The notes below the pieces were generated by a model that was given only the letters and a program-made list of their open reading frames with translations, had not been told where the DNA came from and made no database searches. 64,000 nt of DNA from Laetmonice hystrix (Eukaryota): contig OZ249445.1 in NCBI GenBank assembly GCA_965235115.1, positions 15,190,001 through 15,254,000 on the forward strand, read 5' to 3'. A program made the translations under genes and the position numbers. Below, piece after piece: positions 50,301-58,600 of this stretch (positions within the stretch are counted from its first letter, which is position 1; each line of letters begins with the position of its first letter).

Positions 50301-53293
50301 AGTGAAGTTGGAAGTTAAGTGCATGTGGCTTTGTTGAACCTTTCCAAGTTGTTGGTTTATCTCTCAATTAATGAAAGCCTACGTTGGTTTGGTTTTGGCA
50401 GATTTTGACTTAAAAGCAACCTGTTTGTGAGTTACTTGTAGCGCCAAATTCCCTGGACTGTCGTGACATCGTTTTTGCTTACACTATGATTGGCTTCTAG
50501 TTAAGTAAACGTTTTTTCAAAACGTTTAAAACGGACATCTCCAAGACATCTTATCTCATCAGTTGTAACGGCTTATAACCAGAAATGCATGGTAATTGGT
50601 AGTGGTTTCAACTCAAGCAAATGTCAAATTCCGGTAGGAGTTGAAATTATTATTTAGATCCTAGAAATATACAAATCGTCTCTCCTATAACAATTATACA
50701 CAGTATTATAGAGTCTCGAACTATACATGTATTTTAATTGTAAGAAAAGAAAGAAAGCTTCTGTGACCAATTGCCACGAACATTTGACCTTTAACCCCAA
50801 AGCATGCAATCTTTGACCTTTGTGAGAAGTTCTTGCATGATGTTGGTGTCATTTACTCAGGGTAAATTGTTTCACTACGTTCATAAAGAAAATTTACATG
50901 TTGAATTTGCAGATCCCAAAACTCGGAAAATAGTTCAGAGGAAGTACAAATCAAACATGGTAAGTCTTTACAAAACTTCATTGATTAAGATCTACGAGAG
51001 ATTTTAAGGAATCCCATTATTTTGTGGTGTGAATATTGTGACTGCTGAACAAATTGCAATTTAGGAAAGCGTGTCTAACAACGACAAGGAGACAGGGGTT
51101 GGAGGGCCGGGGGTTGGGAGATAGTGCACAGACCTGCCAGCCTTGTATGAAACAATTTGTTACGATGTACGATACTTTTTCCGTGCTTTGGAATTACGAA
51201 GTTGTCAGATCTGATGGAGAGAGCTGCTATATCTCATATCGTAATTCTCATTCACCGGTTGTTTGACCCGTTTTCCTATTTATGCCTTTAATTTTCTATT
51301 AGTGGTTGTTGTGTTGAAAAGGCGTGGTTTCATGCTAGTGTCCAAATAACTTCAATCCATGTTTTGTTTCACCTGGAAACTCGTAATATTTGGTAATCCC
51401 AAGATCCTCCCTTTTTTAGTAGGTTATCAGAACATTGTTTTCATGCAGTTTGGTTAAACGTTTTGGTATAGCATGACGAACGGTGCCACTTCGTTCTGCC
51501 TTGTATTAGGCTGTAAAACGAATCCTTAAAGGAATGGAACCGGGGTTACTGTCCTAGCCCCTTTATCTGGCAATTAGTCTTAAGACAAATCTGAAGATAT
51601 CCTATTCTTATCTCATATATATCAGTATGAAATTCAATCCTCCAAAACTGCATGCAAGAACATGTTCTTGAAAGACTATTACCCTATCATTTATTTGCAT
51701 TGTTTACCAAATTTTGTTTATCCCTGCATGCTGTAGGCCAATCAGCTAGTCCTGGCTATGCATAGAATCATTGCCATCAAGGTGCAACAAACGATGGCCT
51801 TCAAACTTGACGCCATAGCCAATCAGAGTGAAGGGAAAGGTTCTGTTGGAGAAGCCGGTCACTATGGAAACGGCACGGAAGGTTCACCATCCAACGAATC
51901 GAGTGACACGGAAACTGTGACGTCAGACTGGGACACCATCAGCCTGAGTCCACACAGCCCAGGCGAAAGTGACGTCACAGAAACCGACAGCCAACTGGAA
52001 GCCGACCCGGACAGAGTGGGTCTGGACTCGTGTCCAACAAATAACAATTTTTACAAGGACCCCGGTTACAGTGACGGAGAGCGGGCGTCGTCTGAGCCAG
52101 GCCCAATGTCCAATCAGATCGGTGACAAAAACGACGACTCTGATGAGCCGACACCAGACGGTGCACGTGCCCAGAAGGGGGCGCTGTTAAACGGCGTGTT
52201 GCAGGTCTGTGGAGAGGCGGGAGACATGAGCGGAGGTAGCTCGCTGAGGGTTGGAGACCTTCCCACTGCTGCCACCAACCACCACCACCAACCCTGATCC
52301 CGTGAGCTACATCTAAACAGCTCTTCGACCTCCTCTCAGCTCAACTCACACTCTCGCATGTGGCATCTCGCTGACTTATTAAGACCTCCTCTCCTTTTTT
52401 AACCGGTAGATTGCGTTAACCTGCATGTTGTGTTTTCAGCTTTATTGTGATATTACTACATTATTTGCATTTGTATTAACAGTGAAAAGACTTTGAGCTT
52501 GTTCCCTTTCAGAACATTTTCTACTGGCAAAGGTTTGCAGTTTGGCACTGGTTATAAATAACTTATTACTATACTGACGATGTATTGGTGTGGTATTGTA
52601 CAGCTTCTGAAAGCCATGTCTAATCTCTAACATTCAGTGGAGAAACTAACAAGACAAAACGGTTTCATTTACTTATCAACCGGGGTATGGTGCTAATTGT
52701 GGTCAGCGGTCGATATCATCTCGTCAGGCCCTACTAGTCATTTTTATAGATTAGTATCGCTATGAAATTACACAAGTTCGATGATCTGGAGATAGGCCTG
52801 TATAGGGATATCTAAGATTTAGAAGGCTGACTTAATAGTGTTTGTGCGTGAGAGCGGTTGTAAGCTTAAGATCAGCATCTTGCATTAAACTTGGTATTCG
52901 TATATTTTGCATAGATTCTGAAGAATAGGTGAATCTTTAAGAATGTAAAAAGGCATGTTTACTACTTAACGAAGGAAACTTTCTCTCTGACCAACACCAT
53001 CAGATGGGCCTACAGTATGACCTCTTTGATGTGTAATAGATACTTGGATAAGGTCACAACGAAATCCTGCAAATTCGCTCTTGAAACGTGAAATAATAAA
53101 TGGTTGCCTGCAGTAGCGGAGCTGGAGGTGTCAGTGTGACCCATGAATGTGACCTGTCTATGTTTGTGTGTTTCAGGCTGACCAGATCTGTTACGCGGTG
53201 CTCTGCGTTTTCTCCTACGTGGCAGCCGGGATGGAGGCCCGCCAAAAGTTGTTAGAGGCGGCGCAGCGTGCCAACGTCTCCAAGACGCTATAG
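2257..53293 (+). CDS. MADD: MAP kinase-activating death domain protein / Rab3 GDP-GTP exchange factor (DENN domain), 5'-partial spliced gene, 29 core coding exons in window
   Basis: Exon peptides match hallmark MADD/AEX-3 motifs in the correct order ([107 protein letters not shown]). All intron phases join; summed length is 4642 nt = 1 + 1547 codons. Confidence 0.97.
2783..2941 (+). CDS. MADD: MADD core exon w2 (cDENN)
   Basis: ttgtag|...AAG|gttagt; [53 protein letters not shown]. Confidence 0.96.
7194..7791. repeat. Minisatellite, 52-bp unit, about 11 copies, one internally deleted
   Basis: Unit ccagagatagtatattgagtatgcctcgagtggcagtcgtggggagacctga; the copy near 7553 is shortened via AG microhomology. 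Confidence 0.96.
8310..8500 (+). promoter_or_regulatory. Candidate internal promoter: YY1-type motifs plus TATA box
   Basis: ggccgccatttt near 8310, tataaaa near 8471, aatggcggc near 8487; CpG-containing patch inside an AT-rich intron. Confidence 0.35.
8571..8642 (+). CDS. Candidate alternative first coding exon ([24 protein letters not shown]), phase 0 to w3
   Basis: Two in-frame ATGs (8571, 8598), AGG|gtaaaa donor, TATAAAA about 100 nt upstream. Confidence 0.3.
10031..10078. repeat. 12-bp tandem repeat (agagaagtgttg) x4
   Basis: Visible in sequence. Confidence 0.9.
10198..10717. repeat. 104-bp tandem repeat x5, nearly identical copies
   Basis: atctctatgtcg recurs at 10201, 10305, 10409, 10513, 10617. 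Confidence 0.96.
14504..15064. repeat. G-rich minisatellite, 32-bp unit (gggatcctcaccgtcatgggaggcggtgggct), about 17 copies
   Basis: Directly visible tandem copies. Confidence 0.96.
16439..16570 (+). CDS. MADD: MADD core exon w3 (cDENN)
   Basis: ctgcag|...CAG|gtacct; [44 protein letters not shown]. Confidence 0.96.
16910..17023 (+). CDS. MADD: MADD core exon w4 (cDENN)
   Basis: ttgcag|...AGG|gtgagt; [38 protein letters not shown]. Confidence 0.96.
17251..17571 (+). CDS. MADD: Putative MADD cassette exon encoding (AQ)n and polyQ, 107 aa, phase 0-0
   Basis: T-rich tract then ctcag|; donor GGG|gtatgt; 321 nt, open in the MADD frame; mixed CAA/CAG and GCT/GCC codons. Confidence 0.7.
19537..19667. 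repeat. 42-bp tandem repeat x3
   Basis: gaatatagcgtacgatatgcctgtgttatctcggtgtattag repeated. Confidence 0.95.
21048..21173. mobile_element. Short MITE-like element with GGCCC-type termini and internal perfect hairpin
   Basis: ggccccgggttttagtttg / caaactaaaaaccgggccc termini; tcagtcttaagatt-ca-aatcttaagactga at 21075-21104. Confidence 0.55.
22676..22750 (+). CDS. MADD: MADD core exon w5
   Basis: aactag|...CAG|gttagt; [25 protein letters not shown], matching the family LPEPE...LKKHLKQ segment. Confidence 0.92.
23040..23349. repeat. Minisatellite, 29-bp unit (gagagatattgcctggggatattgttact), about 10.5 copies
   Basis: Directly visible tandem copies. Confidence 0.96.
23887..23928 (+). CDS. MADD: Putative 42-nt MADD cassette exon ([14 protein letters not shown])
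   Basis: CTAAT branch point, tttctttcag| acceptor, CAG|gtataa donor, phase 0-0, no stop. Confidence 0.45.
24938..24950 (+). promoter_or_regulatory. CTCF-like motif
   Basis: ccaccaggtggcg. Confidence 0.4.
25010..25063 (+). CDS. MADD: Putative 54-nt MADD cassette exon ([18 protein letters not shown])
   Basis: cttgtag| acceptor, TCA|gtaagt donor, phase 0-0, no stop. Confidence 0.45.
26637..26807 (+). CDS. MADD: MADD core exon w6 (dDENN start)
   Basis: ttctag|...ATG|gtaagc; [16 protein letters not shown]...[21 protein letters not shown]. Confidence 0.96.
26830..27032. mobile_element. MITE-like element, about 203 bp, about 52-bp terminal inverted repeats
   Basis: Left aagtgctgaacccaccaaggtgattccccttgcgacgcccatgcgattttga; right end is its reverse complement with few mismatches; no ORF. 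Confidence 0.8.
27211..27369 (+). CDS. MADD: MADD core exon w7 (dDENN)
   Basis: tatcag|...CAG|gtaagt; [31 protein letters not shown]...KLARTQ. Confidence 0.96.
28530..28752 (+). CDS. MADD: MADD core exon w8
   Basis: ttacag|...ACA G|gtgggc; [14 protein letters not shown]...[12 protein letters not shown]. Confidence 0.95.
28905..29005. other. 101-bp intronic fold-back (hairpin) element
   Basis: About 45-bp arms, attctacc...tcgcgagacg..agagcatgtgagatac / gtatctaacatgctctc..cgtctcgcga...ggtagaat, 10-nt loop. Confidence 0.8.
29075..29185 (+). CDS. MADD: MADD core exon w9 (Ser/acidic)
   Basis: tttcag|...CCA G|gtacag; [37 protein letters not shown]. Confidence 0.94.
29985..30202 (+). CDS. MADD: MADD exon w10 (acidic low complexity)
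   Basis: tttcag|...AAG|gtaagc; phase 1-0, open frame EVYCEDHM...PPRPPPGK. Confidence 0.85.
30448..30662 (+). CDS. MADD: MADD exon w11 (FRYD-repeat segment)
   Basis: aatcag|...AG|gtgggt; phase 0-2, open frame AEGDHFRYD...PEVTK. Confidence 0.8.
30850..31180 (+). CDS. MADD: MADD exon w12 (proline-rich)
   Basis: tttcag|...AAG|gttagt; phase 2-0 joins w11; [16 protein letters not shown]...GVGISK. Confidence 0.82.
31198..31384. repeat. Minisatellite, 23-bp unit (tcctttacctggtatggacaatc) x8
   Basis: Starts 18 nt after the w12 donor. Confidence 0.96.
31514..31619 (+). CDS. MADD: MADD exon w13
   Basis: tttcag|...TTC G|gtaggt; [35 protein letters not shown]. Confidence 0.8.
32259..32297 (+). CDS. 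MADD: Putative 39-nt MADD cassette microexon ([13 protein letters not shown])
   Basis: ttacttacag| acceptor, CGG|gtaaga donor, phase 1-1 matching the host intron. Confidence 0.5.
32422..32435. promoter_or_regulatory. RFX X-box motif (one of about 8 in MADD introns)
   Basis: gttaccatagcaac; others at 2117, 4339, 20636, 22755, 27854, 34100, 37597. Confidence 0.5.
35702..35770 (+). CDS. MADD: MADD exon w14
   Basis: tttcag|...CTT G|gtatgt; [23 protein letters not shown], preceding the conserved GNRKALV. Confidence 0.8.
36366..36474 (+). CDS. MADD: MADD core exon w15
   Basis: ctgcag|...AG|gtagag; [15 protein letters not shown], matching family GNRRALVDQKSSVIKH. Confidence 0.93.
36667..36853 (+). 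CDS. MADD: MADD core exon w16
   Basis: ttgcag|...GTG|gtaggc; [22 protein letters not shown]. Confidence 0.95.
37062..37256 (+). CDS. MADD: MADD core exon w17
   Basis: ttacag|...ATG|gtcagt; VFKGIV...[28 protein letters not shown]. Confidence 0.95.
37481..37586 (+). CDS. MADD: MADD exon w18
   Basis: tgacag|...GTA G|gtgcgt; [13 protein letters not shown]...AETRSLHEE, echoing family DTRSLKEE; a second GT 4 nt upstream would break frame. Confidence 0.82.
38814..38924 (+). CDS. MADD: Putative 111-nt MADD cassette exon with NAGNAG acceptor and GC donor
   Basis: cag|tag| tandem acceptor; CAG|gcaagt donor; phase 1-1; [37 protein letters not shown]. Confidence 0.6.
39564..40201 (+). CDS. MADD: MADD exon w19 (large low-complexity exon)
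   Basis: ctccag|...GGG|gtaagg; inside ORF 39545-40276; ends [14 protein letters not shown], echoing family RGTLSDSEIE. Confidence 0.88.
41476..41629 (+). CDS. MADD: MADD exon w20
   Basis: gcacag|...ATA G|gttggt; ends [10 protein letters not shown], matching family QRVYLYEGLL. Confidence 0.9.
41782..41902 (+). CDS. MADD: MADD core exon w21
   Basis: ttgcag|...AG|gtacat; [34 protein letters not shown]. Confidence 0.96.
42109..42325 (+). CDS. MADD: MADD core exon w22 (so-called death-domain region), GC donor
   Basis: cgatag|...CTG|gcaagt; [22 protein letters not shown]...[12 protein letters not shown]...DQINNL. Confidence 0.94.
43380..43487 (+). CDS. MADD: MADD core exon w23
   Basis: tgacag|...GAG|gtcagt; [36 protein letters not shown]. 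Confidence 0.94.
43651..43754. mobile_element. Palindromic MITE-like element, copy 1
   Basis: About 40-bp arms gggtgttcctcatcatgtcgttagcttgtcgt / acgacaagctaacgacatgatgaggaacaccc; related copy at 59787-59902. Confidence 0.8.
43896..44060 (+). CDS. MADD: MADD core exon w24, GC donor
   Basis: ttgcag|...AAG|gcaagt; [10 protein letters not shown]...[24 protein letters not shown]...NKFYTKK. Confidence 0.95.
44316..44388 (+). CDS. MADD: MADD core exon w25
   Basis: ttgcag|...CCA G|gtagga; [18 protein letters not shown]. Confidence 0.95.
45406..45512 (+). CDS. MADD: MADD core exon w26
   Basis: gcccag|...AAG|gtgagt; [36 protein letters not shown]. Confidence 0.95.
47237..47257 (+). CDS. MADD: Putative 21-nt MADD microexon (LPLRKDT)
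   Basis: ttccctacacag| acceptor, ACG|gtaaaa donor, phase 0-0, upstream TGC and pyrimidine tract. Confidence 0.5.
48359..48367 (+). CDS. MADD: Putative 9-nt MADD microexon (DFE)
   Basis: CTGAC branch point, ctttttctcttttct tract, TGC motifs, ttcag|GACTTTGAG|gtacgg; phase 0-0. Confidence 0.65.
49297..49369 (+). CDS. MADD: MADD core exon w27
   Basis: tttcag|...TTT G|gtaaga; [24 protein letters not shown]. Confidence 0.94.
50913..50959 (+). CDS. MADD: MADD core exon w28
   Basis: ttgcag|...ATG|gtaagt; [16 protein letters not shown], matching family VVSHKYKTPM. Confidence 0.92.
51737..52297 (+). CDS. MADD: Putative alternative last coding exon of MADD (186 aa plus stop)
   Basis: ctgtag| phase-0 acceptor 21 nt upstream of ORF 51758-52297; begins [12 protein letters not shown], paralleling [12 protein letters not shown]. 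Confidence 0.7.
   Translation, partial: ANQLVLAMHRIIAIKVQQTMAFKLDAIANQSEGKGSVGEAGHYGNGTEGSPSNESSDTETVTSDWDTISLSPHSPGESDVTETDSQLEADPDRVGLDSCPTNNNFYKDPGYSDGERASSEPGPMSNQIGDKNDDSDEPTPDGARAQKGALLNGVLQVCGEAGDMSGGSSLRVGDLPTAATNHHHQP
53177..53293 (+). CDS. MADD: MADD canonical last coding exon w29 (ends TAG)
   Basis: tttcag|; [18 protein letters not shown]...KTL*, matching family AHEICYSVLCLFSYVAA. Confidence 0.94.
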   Translation, partial: ADQICYAVLCVFSYVAAGMEARQKLLEAAQRANVSKTL

Positions 53294-54303
53294 CAAATGG
53301 TCTCCGGTGGCGACACCTCTGGGCAAACCAGCAAACTAAAACCAGACGCCACTGGTGTCGCCACCGGTCGCAACCTGCCGAGACCATCGTCTGTTCACAT
53401 GCACAAACTGCCTTCCACACTTGAAACCTTACTGATCAAAAACACGATGAAACGAATCAGACACGACAAATTGTGAAACGAAGTTTTAACATAACGGCCA
53501 AATAGTCAGACTTCGAACTTGTTTACCTTAAAAAGGGGTTTACTGTAGAGAGTGATTGCATATATATAAAAAAAACCTACACCATGGACTTACTGCTAGA
53601 CAGACCAGGTATGTTCATATTATACTCGGAACGTGAGGAACTTTGTCCTCAGTGGTCGGGTATATTGAACGTACCTACAAGACCTTACCCAAGTGCATGC
53701 GAAAATTTTTATAAGAAGTAGAATGTCATTTCCACCACTCTATCCTTCACATTGCGCATGAAAAAATGCCCCTGTGACGTTTTTCCCCCTCCCTTATAAA
53801 AAAAAAAATCCCACAAAATGAGATCATTGCCCTATGCAGAATTTTTGTTTTTCATATTTCAAGTAGCTGATATCGTCCCGGCACAGGCAGCGTCCTGCAG
53901 TTCGTACGGACCCTTGGGTAATGCCTGTCAAGGCTGTCATTGTTGTCAAATGAGGGGTATTTATTACGTGAAACGATCTGTAACCTTAACATGGTGCTAA
54001 ATGACAGAGTTGTGCTAGGTAAGAATATGGACATATATGGTTTAAGGTATAGTGCTGTGGAGGTTTAGGGACACGTGCATGTGCGTACAGATCTAGATAT
54101 GTATCTATATATTGCAGAACCTGAGCTGTTGTGTGCGTTGTTCTGTGAATAGAGTCCTTTTGTTCCACGTGCGCATTTGGTTACGTCACGTTATCGTTTG
54201 TCTGTTTGCAAGTTTTTATGTCATTTTTTTTTATTTATTAATGTGCATTCCATCACCTGCGTTTGTGAACTTTAATTTGGGTGAGCAACAAGCCCAACTC
54301 TTT

Positions 54304-54309
54304 ATTAAA
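54304..54309 (+). terminator. Possible polyadenylation signal of MADD 3' UTR
   Basis: ATTAAA followed by a T/GT-rich tract about 1 kb after the stop; the UTR could extend further. Confidence 0.25.
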
Positions 54310-55674
54310 GTGATTTTTGTTTGATTTAGTTTTAACCACATGTTGGTTTTAAAACGTTTAGAGCTTCAGTTGAGCAGGTGGTTAGTTTGACTAAGGCTTT
54401 TATTTTTAATACATCTATGTAAGCAGGAGAAAATGCATACACCATAATATAAAAAACGAGTATGCACCTGAAATTTATACGCTCCCTATTTTTACCAATG
54501 ATTGACGTCTATTACACTGTGATGTACGTTTTGGCTTTAGTCGCAAGTGAAACTTTAATCTTTGATAAGAGATATTTCTATTATAGATATATATATCTAT
54601 ATATTCATACTGCAAGACGCAGTAAGGGTTTTGTGTGCGGGATTTATTCTCTGTTTACGTATTGTAAATCCCAGTCCCTATCTGGCCCCAAACTTACCAT
54701 AATACCACAACCCTTTGATCTTACCCATTATACCTGTGATACCATGCAAACGGACATGTTGGATTATGGTGTTCGTAGCTCACTTATGTAACTCACAGTT
54801 TGAGACCTCCTAGGCTTGATAACCACTTAGAACACTGACATAGCGGTGATTTCTCACTTGTCTGCCAAGTGTGTGCTTCGGTCTGTGTCCCTAAGGTGGT
54901 TACATCCGCGGTGTTGTGGACCGAGTGTGCCCAGGACAGGGTAGAGAGAGTTGGCCGTTAGTGACGCCTGTCTGCATGCACTTTACGTGTATTCATTCCT
55001 CACAGCTCCTTCTTTGTTAGTTGTCTGATATTGTGATGCTGTGCTGGTGTTGAATGCTGGCGATGCGCGTAGGTTTTGGTTGCATTGTGGCGGTGATTTG
55101 TCCTGGATCAGTGCAAGCGTGAGCCATGGTGAACGTACGCGTAGATGGTGTACTGGTCAAGATTGTACCATGCATGACGTATGTAATGGATATACTTAAT
55201 ATATATATATGAATATATTGTTAATAACTTTATTTTCTCAACCCAGATTGTTATGGGCATATGAACAATATTGTGAAAATACCCCTCATTCATAACATAT
55301 AAACGTATACTTATAAATATATATATACATACATACATATATATTTACAGTTCTATAAGTCCATGATGATAGACTAGTAGTTGATTATTCTGGCTATATT
55401 ATATGATATTCTATATGAACAGGGCTTCCCAGCCAAATTTAAAAAAAGGTTTCACATATTTTTCCGTATCTGATGTCTATTTTGACTGTAGGCAGATTAG
55501 TGTATTGTATCTTGTGAGCCGTTGGCTATGCTGTGCTTTCGTCCTCGCCACATTTGTGCCACCAACAACATCAAAGTGATAACTGGACAATTTCCCGAAC
55601 AACTGTGTGTGTACCGTCTTCCTTTTGCGGTTGTCGGGCACGAAATATGTTTTAAACGCCGGTGAGTCGGCGTG

Positions 55675-55690
55675 AGCGCCACCTAGTGGC
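55675..55690 (-). promoter_or_regulatory. CTCF consensus motif 3' of MADD
   Basis: agcgccacctagtggc is the reverse complement of GCCACTAGGTGGCGCT, a near-perfect CTCF core. Confidence 0.6.
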
Positions 55691-58600
55691 CCAAACAGCG
55701 CCGCCTCGCGGTCGTGACGTAACTGTTTTTCGCGGACTGACCTCCAAGATCCAGGATGACGACGAACTGGAGACTTTCCTATTCCAGTAAAAACTGCTTC
55801 AACACAAAATGCCACGTAATGCCGGTAAACGCAGAGCATCTCAAAGGGCTAGTAACCGATTACCTCATGCTTACTTGGGCATGGACCTCCAAAATGGGAG
55901 GTCGGAGCGTGGTCCTGCTGCGAAATTCTGCTGCTGGATCGCCAAGTATGGAGTGTAGATAAATGGCTACAGACAGGCCACAGGGAGCCTGGATTTTGTT
56001 GCTCAGTTTTATAATTATTATTCAAGTTTTAGGGAAGGCTGTAAAGTCTTTGATAATGTAGTACATGACCAGCCTTGGAGCAGGTGTATCAGGACGTTTT
56101 TCTCTGAATCCAATATTTAGTTATCTGGAAACAATTTTGAGGTAGCTGAATTGTCTATGATACTATTAAGTGGTGACTTGTGTAATTTATCCATGGTTAA
56201 CTGAACTTGGCGATACTGCAGGATGACTTGCATGCAGTATAAAGGTATGTTAGTATGCGAAACGATCTCGGTGCTTTTAAAGAAAAGGAAAATAGGTACG
56301 GAGGCTCGCAGTAAAAGTGATATTGCAATGAGAGGGTGGGGGGGATCATTAAATATATTGTATCCACACAAAAACACGAAACTCTAACGTGGAACCGGTT
56401 CAGTCAGTCCTCTGTATTGTACTTCATCTGACAAGTTTCCCAGAAAAAAAATGGATAGGATTTCCTTGCATCTATAGAAATAATGCTTGTAAAGTATAGG
56501 AATAATGAATGAAATCTCCCAAAGCTTGTGCTGTGCTGTTGAACGGTATAATGCAGAGCGCGAGAGGAGTAGATGATAGATAATCTCGGATTAATGAATC
56601 CATGCATTAGTCCAAAGACATCATGGCCCCGCGGGGGGAGGAAGGAAAGATTAAGAAAACTCTAGTCAGTATATATACCGTACGTTTTGTACATGTACAC
56701 CTAAATGGGCGTGCACCCACGTAGTGGTACTTAGGAATGTCACCGTTATAGCGAAAGAGATGCAAATTCGCCAAAGCAATAGTTTATCTTTGGTACTGTA
56801 TGAAACTGTAAATGATACGCTACATTTCGAAGGGGAAACGGATAAGTCGTTACTGCTTGCAGTGACTCGAAATACAGACTAGGACGTGAACTCTTAGTTC
56901 TGTGATGGAAGCCAGTGAAAATATTCACAACAATCGACCACACTGATAGTCAATAGCTCCAGGATAGGCAGGAGTAGACAAAACGGTTAGACGGAACAAA
57001 GAGTCAGTATTTGTGAAAACATCAGTCTACACTCGTACGGATGTCGCGATTCGTGGAAGTTATAACATTAAAACGAACGCTGGCATTCAGAGGGAAGACG
57101 CCGTCACTTTTAAACATACCAATGTCTGATGTACCAAAATAAACTCGTTCTCCTCAAATAGCCAGTAGATGTCGCTGTAGTGTAGTTTTATAAAACGTGA
57201 GAATAGATGATACTAGAGAAATTAGAAAGGTCATGTTGCTTGAACTGCCTATCACCTAATGCTAAACTCGAACATCGGCTCTTAATGCAAAATGGAAGCC
57301 CATTATTAGTCATTTAATTATTACACCCAATGTTTGCAAGACCGTGCATTTGAACTTGGCTTATATTCGAAATCCGTGATTCGGTGATAGAAAATTAAGT
57401 TCATGATAGTCCGTGTACGAAATATGTATAGCTAAAACTGGTATTCCAAGTCACTGACTAGTAAAGATTGGATAAATGTCTGGCGAGAACGTAGACTCTA
57501 CAGGTCAGCTGTCAATAAATTATAATACAGTATGTAGAAAACAATGATCATGTATACCTCAACTGATAGATTCCCTTATCTTACCATATCCGTAAAAATG
57601 ACCAATATCTTTGGACTTCCCAATTTGGATTGTAATAACAGCACTACAAATGGTATGAAGGAAGATAAGAAAAGGCAAAGATAATTTAGACATTTATATT
57701 TAGGACAAACCAGTAGTGTGGAAATTGTAAGGCATTGTGTGAACAAATCAAAATATCGCAAAGTAATCGTTGATTTATGTAAAGAGTCATGGTTACAAGG
57801 TGCGCACTGATTGTAGTTCTCTGTTGAACAGTGTCGGCTGGCACTATTCCACATGAAGGAAGCGGGTAAGTTTTCACAGGGCTCTCTATTCAGTGCCATA
57901 TTCACGGAATGGTCCTTCATGCTAAGAAGTCAACAGGTTCCGAAACAATAATGATATCATTGACTGTAGATTGAAACGCATCATAATAATTATAGTAAAA
58001 TGGCACCTCCTCAAGACTGTGCAATATAACGCCAGACGCTGTCCACGTAGCGGTCCCTTGTATGGTTTACGGTTTGCCAGAAGGCATGAGTTATGTCTAT
58101 GGCCATACTTGTGATATCTAAGAGAAATATTCCCATTGATTCTCTCAATATGTAAGATGTTCTGTTACTGTTATTAAGGTTGGACGTTATCCTACTCTCC
58201 GGTATTTGTTAATCATGCCAATATTATCTTCTCCCTGGGGAACAACCTGGTCCCACTCCGGAGCATTAGTCATGCATTTATCATATTATGTAACATGTGT
58301 ATCCGCCAAGGGAGAAAGTGACTAGAAATATGTGCTGGGATACGTGCTGAGATATTGATTTGATTTAGGACTGATTTATCGTTTTTAATCAATAAATATC
58401 ATAAATTCTGAGACGCTTCTATTTTAATGACATCTTGCTTTTCAAAAAGCATTGCATTATGGTGAGATGGAAAGGCGCAGTCATCCATGTATTATACGGT
58501 CGTGCATTAATCGATTATATTGGACCTCCAAGAGCTAGGATGAAAACTTCTGAATTTATCTAGTCACTGGATCTGATGTTGACACACAAAAATCTTCTCT

